A stretch of 64,000 nucleotides of DNA from Octopus vulgaris (Eukaryota), in the NCBI GenBank assembly GCA_951406725.2, contig OX597822.1, forward strand, positions 18,786,001-18,850,000, given 5' to 3'. The notes below the pieces were generated by a model that did no database searches, was not told where the DNA came from, and saw only the letters and a program-made list of their open reading frames with translations. The number at the start of each line of letters is the position of its first letter. Position 1 is the first letter of the stretch. Positions 1 through 14,176 of this stretch are shown one piece after another. Both the position numbers and the translations under genes were made by a program.

Positions 1-780
1 TGTAGATGGCATATGCTGGGAAGCCTGTTTGCTGTGTGCTTCTGTTTTCTTTTTTTTTTTCGGGGTCACCAATTGTAACAGGATGAGAGTTCAGGAACAC
101 TGGAGGGTTGTCCGATCTGATCCTGTCACATACAATATAAGTTGAATAAACAGAGACAAAGTCAGCACACATACACATGCATGTACACTTTACTCTAGTA
201 CAAGCAGACACACTTCATATGCACTCTATAACTTCATATGCACACAAGCTCTTACACACACGTACATATCAGATCACTTCATACATACGCACACATAGAA
301 ACAGGAAAAGGGACACACACATGCACATGCAATATAGACACACACATATGCATACATACACATGTGCATGCATATGCACACCCATCTGATTAGCCTCACA
401 CACACACATATAAACAGAAACAAAGACACACATATACACACATAGAGATGCACAAACACACACTGTATACATACACAGTAACTTCATACACACATTCATA
501 GTTGTCTCCCTTGTCACAATGTCTGAAGATGCCCCTCACACTTCTCTCCCTTGCCACTCACACTTCTAGAAACTCCTTCCTGCTTCTGGTCATTTCAGCA
601 TGCTGTGACCATCCAACTGAGGCACTTTTATTCTTTTCTCTCTCCACTATTTCTCTCCTCATCTGTTCTTTTTGTAGAAGAACAGATGCTCTGAAAGACA
701 TTTCCTTCTATCCTCTGGATTTTTAAAAACTCATTTTCATGTTATTTATAATTTTTGCACAATATATATATATGTATATA

Positions 781-2405
781 TCATCATCATCATCATATGT
801 CCAGTCTCCATGCTGGCATGGGTTGGACGGTTTGACTGGGCTAGCACACTGGAAAGCTGTGGCAAGCTCCAGTCTGATTTGTCTTGGTTTTCTGTGGTTG
901 GATGCCCTTCCTAACACCAACCACTCTGAGAGTGTAATGGGTGCTTTTTATGTGCCACTGGCACAGGTGCCATTTGCGTGACACCAGTATCTGCCATGAC
1001 TGTGATTTTGCTCAGCTTGATGGGTCTTCTTCTCAAGCATGACATAATGCCAAGAGACTTGGTCATTGCCTTTGTGTGGCACAACACTTGAAACGAACAC
1101 AGCCACTTTGCCTCCATGAGGCCTTACACTCAAAAGGAACTCAGCCACCTCACCTCCGTGAGGCCCAACACTCAAAAGGAACTCAGCCACTTTGCCTCCA
1201 TGAGGCCCACCATTCAAAGGCTGATCTTTTACGTGCCACTAATATGGGTGCACTTGGCTTGATGGGTTAAGCAGAGCACATTGCCAAAGGTCTCAGTCAC
1301 TAGTCATTTGCCTCTGTGAGGCTCAAAATTTGGAGATCATGCTTTACCACCTCATCCCATGTCTTCCTGGTTCTACCTCTACCGCAGGTTCCCTCCACAG
1401 AGATTGGCACTTCTTTTCACAGCTGTCCTCATCCATACACATCACATGACCATACCAGTGCAGTTGTCTCTCTTACACACCACATCTGATGCCTCTTTTG
1501 CCTCTCATGATAGTCACACACTGTTGAACATGGACACTGACATTGCACATCCAGCAAAGCATACTGACTTCATTTCTCTCATGTCTATGCCTGTCCTTGG
1601 CTGTTATAGCCCATATTTCACTGCCATGCAGCATAGCTGTTCATACAAAGATATCAAACAATCTGCCTTTCACTCTAAGAGAGATGTCCTTTGTTGCCAG
1701 CAGGGGTAGGAGCTCTCTGAACTTTGCCCAACCTAATTCACACACCCATGCTCTCGGAGCATCCACCTCCACTACTCGCCTGGTCGCCTAGATATCGGAA
1801 GCTATCTACAATCTCTAGCTTGCTCCCCTGGCAGTTGATGGAGTCTATTTTCTGCACATGTTCAGCATTTATTATGTCTGTGCACCTTCCACTTTCAAAA
1901 GTTAGTTATAACTTTGGTTAGTCCCTTTGATTCTAGACCTTGTTTCCACACCTGGAACTTTTTCTCTAGCTCAGGTAGTTATTCAGGTATAAGAGCCAGG
2001 TCATCAGCATAGAGTAGCTTTGTAATTGTCTGGAGGACTGTGATGAACAAGGGCACTGATCCTTGGTGAACCCCTACTTGTACCCTGAATTCTTTGTGTA
2101 CTCATTGCTCACTCTCACCTTACTCGTAGCCTCCCGGTACAAGGTTTGTACAGCTCTCGCCAACCACTCATCTATCCCTAGTTTCTGCCTTGACCACCAG
2201 ATAACGGATTGAAGATTTCTGTCAAAAGCTTTCTCCGAGTCAACAAAAGCCAAGTACAGAGGTTTATCTTTGGCTAGGTATTTCTCTTGCAGTTGTCTTA
2301 CCAGAAATATACCATCAGTAGCGCTTCTACTTGGCACAAAACCAAACTGCATCTCATCTAGACTATCTCTCTTCCTGATTAGCTGGGCTATGACTCTCTC
2401 TGCAA
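781..2405 (-). mobile_element. 5'-truncated RTE-clade LINE (RT fragment + 3' UTR + (GAT)n tail)
   Basis: Minus-strand DEMQFGFVPSRSATDGIFLVRQLQEKYLAKDKPLYLAFVDSEKAFDR (ORF 2074..2439) and LLYADDL at ~2000-2018. The 3' end (catcatcat...ccatgctggcatgggttggacggtttgac on +) recurs many times in the window. Confidence 0.85.
1096..1220. repeat. 3 x ~42-bp tandem repeat inside the LINE 3' UTR
   Basis: Unit aactcagccactttgcctccatgaggcc(n)cactcaaaagg occurs three times. Confidence 0.8.
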
Positions 2406-2627
2406 TACACACACACACACACACAAACACACATTTCACTCTCCTGCTATTCTGAGTTTCTAGCTTCGTGTATTCGCTCAGACACCCAAAATGTCTTGTT
2501 ACTTAAATGAATTCCTGGAGAATTATAAAACATAAACTTTAATAATCGTTTGTGTGTGTGTTTTCGAACAGTAGTATTTTCATTTTAATTATTGTATGTG
2601 AGAATATAAGCTATAATTAGTTATGAT

Positions 2628-2837
2628 CAGTGTTCCCCCTATGCCATGTATCTGTGCAAGTGCACATTTTGCAACTAGGTAAGGCAAAAAATGTGCTCAT
2701 GTAAGATTTCAAGATGAAACTAGAGGTTTTAATTGAAGAAATTTGAATGATAGTTACTCACATGGCAAAGAAAGATAAAAGCTTCACATAAGATAATTTC
2801 TGCAAACCTCCAAAGCAAAGTGTTATAGAGAACATTA
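2628..2837. mobile_element. hAT-like MITE (degenerate)
   Basis: Termini CAGTGTTCCCCCTA / TAGAGAACATTA are imperfect inverted repeats. The 8-bp flanks GTTATGAT / GTTACGAC match 6/8, as expected for a decayed hAT TSD. Confidence 0.55.
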
Positions 2838-4689
2838 GTTACGACTTGTTACAAATGATGAGTCACAGAATCTACCTAAAGTATAGAAACTATGTTCAGG
2901 AATTTCTTTCTAAATCTATTTAGTTTCCTTCATCAGCTGTCTTCCTGGTGTTACTTGCTTCTTATTTAATAATCTCTTTAAACAACTCCATCTTTGGCTC
3001 TGTGATTTGGAATCTTCACATTGCAACCAACCATGAGCCATGTTCTTCTGAATTCAATTCCACACTTGTGTCTTCAACTGACTAATGCTTTCTGATTGGA
3101 ATTTATTTGTCTAAAGAAACTACAAAGACTAAAATCTCCATTGTTTTCAATATCAAGTATTCTAGTTGTTTAACTGATAAGCTGACTACTGGAATTATAC
3201 TGTAACTAGCTAAGCCATAAAAGCTGGAGAAAGTTCAAGAATTTATTACTTCTATTTGGTAACTAAAAGTTTTCCTCTGAATGAAAGGCAGATCGTATGA
3301 TGTTTGTCTATGAACTGCAATGCTATGGGTGAAATGTGAGTCTCAAATGTAGAGGACTTGTGGAAACTAGAAAGAAATAATGTTAACATGCATGAGCAGC
3401 AAAGTGCAAATATGTTGAGAGAAAAACTAGGTATAAGAAGAATTAGATAGTAATGGTTAATCTTAACATTCTGAGCCACATGGATTAAATTACAAAGAAC
3501 TGAGATGATTGCACTGCTTGGGGAAATCTGTCCATCCGGACAAAACTGAAGTACTGTAAGCATAATGTGTATACACACAACTGGGCCTGTCACTGAACTT
3601 GTCCTTATTAAGTCTTCCTCATCATCCCTATTGCCTATCCTTCAGTTACTCTCCTAACTATTGTAGTATTCTGCTGTTGCTTCTGAAATTAAATGAGAAC
3701 AGTGCTATGTATTCTATCATTCTTTTCTGTGCTACTAGTCTTCTCTCCCTGTCATCAGTACCACTTCCTGTAACATCTATCCTCCATTTTAATATCATCC
3801 CTCCTCACTCATATTTTCCATTGCTCACCCTTTCCCTCTGCCGAGACACTTCCTATTGACTTATCCCTATGTACCTCTAACCAAATCTACTCCTGCACTT
3901 TACATCTTTCACTTCCTCTACAGTATTACAACCTAAATAAACACTACCCTCTCATCACCTCTCTTCCTCTCATCCTTTCATTATCTACTGTGTTATTCTA
4001 CTGCCCTTCATTCTTTCTGTACTGCTCATCATCACTTTGTCTTTCTTACCTTCCTTAAAACCATCACTCACCCTTGCTCGCCATTCACTACATTCACGCC
4101 TATCTCTAGCTCTGTCTCTAACCATCCCTCGCTCTCCCCATACACTCTAAACACTCACTCTTCTTAATCCTGTCTCGGTCTGGTAACTTAAGGGCTCTGA
4201 CACCTTGTCTTTAGCTTTCTTTCCAACTCCATCTTGCTTACTCCCACCAACTCCTATATAATGTGAGGTAGCCAATTATTGTGAGTATAGCAAGAAACAA
4301 GTTTCTGCCCCTTCTTTCATAATTTGACCTCTCAAAACTTAACATAAAGATACCATTCAATTTCCGCTGCTACCATTCAGTGAAGGGGTTTCTTGACATG
4401 GGGTTTCAGATGTGAGTGTGTGTGTGTGCGTGTGACACTATTGTGTGCATGTATGTGTATGAGCAAGTGTGTGTGTTTGAATGCTCTGTTTTCAGTTGTG
4501 TGTATGAGGCCCACCTAATAAAGTGTGTGTGTATACACCTCTTTATACATGCACACATTCACACAGTCCCATACATCATTATCATCATTTAACATCAGTG
4601 TTGCATGCTGGCAGGGGTTGAATTTTTCGACAGGACTTTATGTGCCCAAGGACTGCATTGTGCTCCAGTGTCTGTTTTGGCATACACTG

Positions 4690-5320
4690 TACTCAATGCA
4701 GGCTTCATATGCAGTAAATGCACTGGAGCAGTTCTTGTGAACACACTGGATACTGAGTCTCTTAAATGCTCAGACAGCTTACGAGAAGTAGTTGATAGTT
4801 ATTATTCCTTGGGAGATGTAATTAGTTGCTCTGGAAGTATTGTAGCTAGAGGGAGAACTGATTGGAGAAAGTTCAGGGACCTACTAACACTGCTAACAAC
4901 AATACAAATAAAGGGCAGACTGTATGATGTTTGTGTTAGAATTGCAATGCTGCATAATAGTGAAACATAGGCCTTCAAAAGCAGAGGACCTTCAAAAAGC
5001 TGGAAAGAAATAAAACAATCATGCCCCACTAGATGTGCAGTGTTGGTATGCATGAAAGAATTGGTACAAAGGTGCTGGGCATTAGAGGAGTCAGTTGTTG
5101 TTATCTGCAAGAAAGAAGACTACACAGGTATGGACATTTGATGCATCTGAATAAGGGCAGCTGTGTAAAGAAATATCGATTGCTAAATGTGGCTGGAACT
5201 TGCAGAAAAGGGAGACCCAGGAGGACATGGAATGAAGTAGTTAAGGCTGACCTCTGGACTCTGAGCCTGGAGGAGCTTGCAAATAACTGAGATCTCTGGT
5301 GATATGAGCTTCTCAAAAAG
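4690..5320 (+). mobile_element. RTE-clade LINE fragment (RT C-terminal part)
   Basis: VVDSYYSLGDVIS...WRKFRDL...KGRLYDVCVRIAMLHNSET, then ERRLHRYGHLM...CRKGRPRRTWNEVVKADL; contains stops and frameshifts. Confidence 0.8.
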
Positions 5321-5749
5321 AGCTACCACTTGTTAATGAAACTGGGTTTTGTATTGTGCTCACCACCCATGTTACATTGACTCCTCTCCCCTCAGGTCAC
5401 ACAGACTATGAAACCATGTCATCCTTCTCTCTTGTCCTCCCTCCTGACAACTGTATCATCTTTACTAGTGCTACTACTTGCCTCCACTCTTTTCTGCATC
5501 TTTCTATCACACCCAGCTCATAGCTTTTTGCTCATTCCCCTCTCAACTCTATCCATTTTGGCAGTCTGCCTCCTCATCCTCTCATTCTTCTCATACAATC
5601 TTGCAAACTGATTCACCTTGTACCTTGTGGGGCCATCCAGATACCTCATTGCCATTAACTATTTCTTGTAGCTCTTATTCTTCATTTTCTTCCCTTCCTC
5701 TAATAGATGTGAGTAGCCATGCAGATCCTCTGCAAAAATCTGCACTACC

Positions 5750-5802
5750 CCATCACCACCACCACCACCATCACCACCACCACCATCACCACCACCACCA
5801 CT
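5750..5802. repeat. (CAC/CAT)n microsatellite
   Basis: Directly visible; produces the poly-His in ORF 5478..5870. Confidence 0.9.
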
Positions 5803-7559
5803 TCATAGTTCAGTCCTTTCTCCCCAAGCATGAAGCAGACCTCCTTACCCCAAAGTTTATAATTCTGTGAGCTGCATGGCAATTTCAATAGTGCAGGCGG
5901 CATGGAAAAAAAAGCCCCCATTCCATCTTATAAAGTGGGTTGTGTTAGGAGAAGCATTGAGCTACGGAAATCATGTCAAAACAGACACTGGCCTCCAGCA
6001 CAATGCCATCCTTTGATACATTGGATCCTATCAAACCATCTGGCCCATGCCAGAATGGAATGCAGGTGTTAAATGATGAGGATGCTTCTTTACAGTCTCT
6101 CTCTCTACCAAATTCACTCACAAGGTTTTGGTCAGCCTAGTGTTATAGTAGAAAGCACTTGCCCACGGTGTCATGCAGTGGAACTGAATCTAAAACTGTT
6201 GTTTCGAATTTAGTTCCTTAACTACACGACCAAAGGTATGGAGGCAGATTGTGAAGTTTTTAATCATTCATTTTGTTGGGGTTCAACCAGTATCTCTTAC
6301 TTATGCATGTTTTGTTTTTAAAAAATCCTATTTACGTAGGAGACAATGAAAATACTTTTTCTTAAGCATGGTTGCTAGTTTTATTATTATTATTAGTTGT
6401 TGTTGTTTTGCCCCAAATCAATTAAACCTGATTTAAGGTGTTTCGGCTCCTTTTCAGACATAGTATTCCAAAGTCAACACACTCAAATGCATTTTTTTTC
6501 TCAGATCATTTACTTTACTTAATCCCTATGGAGCTTAGGCCATTAATAACTTTTCTCCACTTTTCTCAACCCTGGGATTGTCATTTCTACTTTCCTCCAG
6601 TTGGATCTCTGCTTTTTGAACTCTGCCTCTGTGTCCTTCCTCAAGTTATTTTTAAGGCGTCCTTTCTTCTGCCTCCCTTGTGGTGGGTTCCTCTTTCAAG
6701 TCTTGGTTTTGGATTATTATTAATGCTTCTCTAACTTTGCTTTTTCTCCAGTAGGAGTGTTAGTCCTAGGCAAATATTATCTCACTGTCTCATTCTTGGT
6801 CTACCCCTTACTCTCCTACTGCTTGAATCAGCTTCAAGAATATGTATTGTAATTTTTTCCTGTGATTTTCTATTCACATGTCTGTAGTACTACTGGAACT
6901 GAGACCTCTGAAAATAAAAAGTAGCAGCTCCACCTGGAAAGATTGCCTGATTCCTAAGCCAAACACCCTGATGAGCAACATCCACACCTCTCTCACCTCA
7001 TTTCAGTCAAACACCTTTAATGCTAATCCAATTCTATTTCTCAGGCTGCTAACCTCATCTTTGGAGATGTAAAAAGAAAGTAAAGAAAAGAGAAAAAAAA
7101 ACTCAATGTTTTGCATTTACTACGTTTCGATCTGTTTGATGTCCAATCGACATGTAAATATTGAAGTTAGTTTTATCTCTAAAGATAATGTTAATAGTTT
7201 GAAAAATTTATAATCTTATTAACAAATCAACTGAGACAGTTAGACATTTAATCTTTAATACTCCTGGGAAGTAGATGAACTTTCCAGCTTTCTATTTCTG
7301 CAGCTTTATAGAATAAATCTCAAGCTTTCATGTTTATGCAAGAAATATCTATTTATTTCTTCAGCAGAGAGAGAGAGAGCTGGAGTCAGTACAGACTGTA
7401 GATAAATTCATTACAGGAAATATCAAGCCTCACTTCTTATCTAGAAATGTGTGTGTAGGTGCTTGTGCCTCTCCGAGAGAGAGAGAGAGAGAGAGAATGA
7501 TACCTCACCCAAAGCTTGATAACATCTCTAGTACTTCATTTATATTTTTTTCATGTTTA

Positions 7560-7905
7560 AAATAATAATAATGAAATTATTGTATACAGTGCTCAGGTGC
7601 ACCACAACTTGTCAAAAGTGCATATAAAGTATATGCAGTAATGTACAAATGTCTGGAAAGCGAACAGTGTATTAGTCAGATACATGCTTCCATGTGTATG
7701 GTGGGGAGAAAATCAGGTGTAGTGTTGGCGAATCTCAGGAAGCATGGAAGTTTTGAAGGATGCAATGCTCTGACAACTAACAACTGATGCCGGCAGTTTG
7801 TTCCATGCTTCAGCAACTCTTAGTGTGAAAAAATGTTTCCGAAAGTCATGGGAGCTGTGCTGTTTTCTGACTTTGTAAACATGACCATGGGTGTTAGACA
7901 GATGG
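7560..7905 (-). mobile_element. CR1-group LINE 3' fragment
   Basis: Minus-strand THGHVYKVRKQHSSHDFRKHFFTLRVAEAWNKLPASVV matches the typical CR1 ORF2 C-terminus. The 3' UTR ends in an (ATT)n tail near 7560. Confidence 0.8.
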
Positions 7906-8714
7906 AGTTTAAATATTAAAGAAAAGTTTAAATAGTAAAGAAAAGTAATTCTATATAGTTCATTAGTATGAATTGTATCAAAAGGTTTTTTTATACCCAT
8001 CGGTTACCAAAAAAAAAAAATGAAAAATGTGAATGAAAAGAAATGAAAAATATTGTATATTCAGATGTTAAAGAAAGATTAAGTAGAAAGGATGTATTTT
8101 GTTGATGTTTTCGTAATTAAAGTTTGTACAAATATTTTGATTGTTGGTAAGTCTTGAATTATATTAAATGAAAAAATAGGAATTGATATGGAACCCTAAC
8201 CCTAACCCTCAAAATGTGTAGTATTCTTTTGTCGGTTTCAGTCTTTTGACTGCAGCCAGTCTGTGACATACCTCCATTCTTTCAAAAAGTTTTATTCTCG
8301 TACATATCAGTAGAGTTGTATTGTTTAACTGACACCTTTTGGTGATTGTGTCTTCTTAATATTCCAGTGGAATCAGTTGGTGGATCAGGCAGTCTTTATT
8401 GTGGTTTTATAGCTAGCTCTAGAGGAAAGATTGGTGACTGTGGCCTTTGTTAGCCTTCTGACACCAGTGAAATTAAAACTTATTAACATTCTGCTTAAAG
8501 TGTTGTAATGGAATACTTGCAGGAAAGACACAGATAGGAAAAGTATTCTAGAAGGATGACCTATTTAGAATGAAGGATTGGGTAGTGGTTAGTGTAGAGT
8601 TTCAAAGGTTGGACAAAACATGAGTGAGGAAAGAAAGGGAGAGACGTGTTGCGAATACTTGAATGGAAGTACCATAAGACCAACCAGCTCTGAGAAACAG
8701 AGGCCATTATAGTA

Positions 8715-9745
8715 GCATCATCATCGTCGTCGTCATTTAACATTTGTTTCCCATGCTGACATGGGTTGGACAGTTTAACTGAAAATTGGTAAGCTGCATC
8801 AGGTTCCATTCTGATTTGGCAAGGTTTCTATGGCTGGATGCCCTTCTTAATGCCACCCACTTCAAGAGTGTAGTGGGTATTTTTTATTTGCCACCAGTAT
8901 AGGTGCCATTGACCTGACACCAACATCGGCCACAACTACAGTGTCACTTGGCTTGACAGTCTATACAAGCACGGTATATCACCAAAGGTCTTGATTACCC
9001 ATCACTGCCTCCATAATGCGCAACGCTTGAATGGTGCTTTTTATGTACCAGTCAAATGGCACCAGCATCAGCCACAACTACGATTTCACTTGGCTCAACA
9101 GGTCTTCACAAGCACAGCATATCGTGCAACATTTGAGGGGTGCTTTTAACAGACCAGTTACGTGACACTGGCATCAGCCATGACTATCGCCAAAGGTCTT
9201 GGTCACTTGTCACTGCTCCCATGAGGACCAACATTCAGAGATCATGCTTCACTACCTCATCCCACATCTTCCTGGGTCTGCCTCTTCCACAGGTTCCCTT
9301 CCACCATTAGAGTGCAACACTTCTTCACTCAGCTCTCCTCATCCATACATCTCATGAGCATACCAGCACAGTTGTTTCTCCTACACACCACATCTGATGC
9401 CTCCTATGTCCAACTTGTCTCTCAGGATGCCTACACTCTGCCATGCATGCGCACTGACATTACACATCCAATGAAGCATACTAGCTTCATTTCTTACAAG
9501 CCTACGCATCTCCTTCACAGTTGCAGCCCATGTTACACTGCCATGTAGCATGGCTGTTCACACACAGGCATCATACAATCATCTGCCTTTCACGCTGAGC
9601 AGGAGGTCCTTTCTTTCCAGCAAAGGTAGGAGCTCTCTGAACTTTTCCCAGCCTATCTGTATTCCTGCAGCTATGCTCCTGAAGCATCCACCCCCACTAC
9701 TAACCTGGTTACCTAGGTAATGGAAGCTACTGACTACTTATAATT
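8715..9745 (-). mobile_element. RTE-clade LINE 3' fragment (same family as 781-2405)
   Basis: Shares the 3' UTR blocks (gatgcccttc..aa..ccaaccact..gagtgtagtggg) and the ORF2 C-terminal region with the other copies. Confidence 0.8.
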
Positions 9746-11654
9746 TGCAGAAAAAAAGAGGAGAAAGCATGTGGGTCAAGCATGGAGAATGTCTAAGTAT
9801 AACTTTCTACCAATAAGTCAGTCTTTCTTTGGACACAATCTAGGAAATTTGTGTTGTGTCCCAGATGTGAGAATAAAAGTGAGAAATAAAGGTCACAACT
9901 GGGCTTGGTTGATAGGCTTGTTGTATCTAGTTATATCCTTCTATGTTCTGATTTCATTTCCTGCTCAGGCCAACTTATCCTTTCAACCCTCCATCACTGA
10001 CAAGAATGACAAACTAAGAGGTGTAGCCTTGTGCCTGTGTTAGAAACCAATATTCCATTTGAGAGAATAATTCAAATTCTATTCTTTGAGAACTCAGTAT
10101 TATAAACAGAAATCTTGAGAAAGTTATTAGGTATTATAGCTGGAAATTTAATTCAAATTTAGATCCAATCTTCAATGAATCAATAATGCTAATGGTAAGG
10201 AAGTTTTCTTGCCTAAAATAACAATGATAATTGACTAGTCGTATGATAAACTTCTCTCTCTTCCAAAAAGTCCTTAGAGAATCTCTCTGTGTCATTTTAC
10301 TTCTGTAAGTATGAGAATTATATTTTAGTTATGACTCTGCCATTATCTGGTGCCAGCAGCATCTCCTCCCCAACTCTAAAAAAAGAGAAATATGCATCAT
10401 TATTGTTGCATTTTCCATTATTACCAGAAGAATTTTCACATACCAGAAATGTTTCTTTGGCTCAACTCAATTTATTCAAATAATTTCATGTCTACTTTAA
10501 TGTTTCTATCATTTTTTTCTCAAATTTTTTTTTCAAACAATGAAAGCAATCTATGCCATTATTTAGATCCAGAATTAAATTATATCTTTTGGGAACATAA
10601 TTTAATTTATTATATCTAACAGAAGTGCAAATTCCACATTTAAAACAATGACAGGAAATAGAATGTTCCAGCACTATTCTTTTCATTTTTTCTATTTTGG
10701 GGTATTTTTTGGGGGTATTATATTTTTACTTACTTTTTTTCTTCCTTCATTATACATTTTTTAGTTTTATAAGATATTCCATCTTTCCATAGAAATAAGG
10801 AACTTACTACTAAACAGCAAAAATGCTCAAACTTACCTCTTGTGTTTACAATTTCTATTCATTGGTTGATTAGCAATTAATACAGTGTTAATAATGCCTC
10901 ACAAATAAAATTACATACATATCTGGATGCATGTATGTACACATGTTTACTTGCGTGTGAGTATGCAAACATTTATATATTACCATCATGTTTATCTATC
11001 TATCTATATATCACATGTGCGCACGTACACACACGGAGAGAGGGGAAGTATAAAGTATTAGTTATGAGCAAGGTTTTGAAGTTGACAACTACCATGAGGT
11101 TTGCAAGACATTATTTCAATATACTTATATATACTATCAGTAAAATGATCCATCTGAACAGAAAAAAATAATAATAAATGGAAAAGAAAAAGAAAGTAAA
11201 TACAACAGCTTCCTGCCAAATTTTTATCTTCTGTTCAATGAAATATTTTCTGACTGATTTTGTTCTTGGCCCCAGAAACCAAAGCTGTGCATTTCTGAAT
11301 TCAAGAGTTATTATTGCTGTCAGACAACAAAAACAAAGAATGAAATTAAAAGTCCCAAAATAGATTTTGATTGGAAGCAGAATGTATGGGCTAAACACTA
11401 TTGATATGGGCTTCTCATAGTTTGATTTTTGCTTTCTTTAATATTTGTTTTGTTTTATTTTTTTTCCCTTGCTGATCAACATAATAAAAGTCAGTTCTGA
11501 TTTTATTATTGCTCTTGCTATTCTTTGCAATGCTTCCCTTCAGCCCATTCATTCACATGCATACAAACACACACACACACACACACTTTAATATAAAAGT
11601 TAGCTATTATTTATAGCCTTTGTTTCCTCTTCTTTTAGTATATAATTTTTTTTG

Positions 11655-11685
<31 letters not shown>

Positions 11686-13699
11686 ATATATATTCCTTTC
11701 TTTAAACATAAAAGATTGATCAAAAAGTAATTGTGTGAAAAGAAAGAAGGATGCAAAACAAAAAGACATATATAAAAACAAAAAAAAAATCATTAAGATC
11801 AAGATACAGTCTAAATAAATACTATAAACAATATAAAAAGAATAAAATAAGACATGTTTTATATCCTTTCCTGTATTATATACACCAGGACTGCTTGGAT
11901 TGTTGTACTATTCTCGTGGCTAAAGAATTAGTTTTAAATGACAGTAGGAAATTTCTTTCGAGAATGACAAGCCAAATATTAGGTTGAAGATTGATGTTGC
12001 TTGTATGTTGTTTCATGGATGTGTAATAATAAATAAGAGGAATATGGTAAATATGCTTTGTGAGATGAAATGGGCTTAGATAGAGAGAGAGAAAGAATCC
12101 CTTTACCTAGAAATTATGGTGAAAAGGGAATGGATCTAGGAATGAGATAAAAAAAATTTTATATGACAGATATGAGTAAAATAAAAAGAATATCCATCAG
12201 CATAAAAGGTTCTGATGGCTTGCAAGATTTTACTTTTATTCTTTCAAAGTCAGCCATAAATCAAGAAGGAATCAGCCTTTTGTGGGTTTTTTTCCTTGCA
12301 TTGAAGCTTTGTATTTTATTTGCAGTTTGCATCTCTCTTTCTCTTTACATGTGTGTGCATTTATATATGTTATGTGTGTGTATGTGTACATGTTATGTGT
12401 GTATACACACACACACATATAGTCTACAAATTATGCAAATATTTATGATTTCAGTATAGTAGTGTTTCTTCTCATAGTTCCTGCCTTATAAACTACCTAT
12501 TCATTACTTCCATTCAGATTCAAAATAAGATTAGCTTTTATATCGACTTTGTAAAATGGATATTGTTGCATACAAGTTTTCTGGAAGGTGTAATACTGAG
12601 TCTCCTGTATGAATTCCTTTGATATCTGGTTTCGGTTTCTCAAAATTATTCTTCACTTATTAGAGAGTCGTTATTCAATATCTGTTTCAGATGCAATCAT
12701 TTTCCTATATTCATTGCAGCTTATCACATAAAACCTTGCTCGGTTATATCAATATCACAAGCTGTGTAAATATAAATAACCAAGAATATAGATGGTTATA
12801 GACAAATAACCTGATTTTTTTTAACATCATTTGCTTATCCAGGCAAATGTATGCTTCTAACAGTAAAAATCTTCTAAATAAGCATGAATTAATCATTTCC
12901 TTCTTTAATCCTAAAACTAATCTGAATGCCATTGTTTAACTGTTCTATTTAAAAGACATAAACAATACATCAAGAGACACTGAAAGACATATCTCATCTT
13001 CACTGCAAATCCTGTTAATATTATTTGCTAAAAGAAATGGCAGAAAATTCATGGAATCATTAGTATCAATCAAAATAGCTATGTTCTGAGTTTGAATCTT
13101 GTCATGGTCAACTTTACTGTTTATTCCTTCCTGGTTTCATAAAAGAATCTTTCAGATACACTCTAGGCTGATCTAATCAACTATACAGGTCAACTCTCTC
13201 TTTCTTTTTTTTTTTTTTGTTATTTTACTTCTGAATCAGACTGGAAAGGATGATACCAATGAATGGCGCTTAGTACAGATGAAAGAAAGGCAGGAAGTTA
13301 TTCTGAAATTGGGAACCTGTCTCAGTAAAGTCCAAAAAGAAAGGACAAAATGGAATCCATGTAACAGGCTTCAGCACAGCTTCTTTTCATCCAGTTTCAC
13401 TTACAAGGCTTGGGTCAACCTGAGTAAAAGATGAGATAGAGTAGGATTGAACCTGAACGTCATAGTTGTGGATTTAATATTTTAACCATCAAACACACCT
13501 GTATCCTACTATTTACAAGTAAAGGATAATGAAATGATAGAAATGGTTGTACAAATTGCATTTCTGTATTTAGTTAAGTTGCCTTATATTGTGAGTTCAA
13601 ATCTCACTTGGGTTAACTTTTCTCATACAAAAAGAAAATAATTACCTCTGTCATATTAGGATTAATTTAGTCAGTTGTCTCTTCCTTATAAATTTGTGA

Positions 13700-13890
13700 T
13701 TCGTTAGCAAGTCAGGCAAAATGCTTAATGGCATTTCTTCTGAATTAATGTTTTAAGTTCAAATTTCACTAATGTCAACTTTGCTTTTCAACCTTTCAAG
13801 ATAAAAAAACAGAAAGTACTGGGGTCGATGTAATCAGCCAGACGCCTTCCCCAAAATTTCATGCCTTGTGTCTGTAGTAGAAAGAATAAT
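13700..13890 (+). mobile_element. tRNA-derived SINE
   Basis: B-box-like gttcaaatt followed by gtcaactttgcttttc...gtactggggtcgatgtaatc...ccccaaaatttc...gtagtagaaagaat. An antisense copy lies at 47645-47835. Confidence 0.6.
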
Positions 13891-14089
13891 TTATCGCAAG
13901 CATCGTCTCTAGAGTTAAATAAGAATAGTACCCAACTGTAAAAATACATGCCAAGCCCATCATGTACATTACAATGGTCACTGGTTTTCTCTGTTGGTGT
14001 GTATATGTGTTAGATAATGAAGGACAGGAAAAGGTAATGGCATGCTACATGACCCATTCAACTCATGCCAGCATGGAAAAGAGAAGCAA

Positions 14090-14176
14090 AATGATGATAA
14101 CAATGATAATGATGGTGGCAACAACAATAATGCTGACAACTATGATGATGATTATGATGATGATGATGATGATGAC
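14090..14176. repeat. (GAT/AAT)n degenerate microsatellite
   Basis: Directly visible. Confidence 0.85.

Noticed and set aside
8192-8209. (CCCTAA)3 telomere-like repeat (also ~48726)
   Set aside because: Only 2-3 units, internal; such motifs commonly occur inside interspersed repeats, so this is not evidence of a telomere or fusion.
10163-10194. Possible 32-nt microexon (xPIFNESIMLM, donor gtaagg)
   Set aside because: The acceptor lacks a pyrimidine tract and the segment is too short to distinguish from chance.
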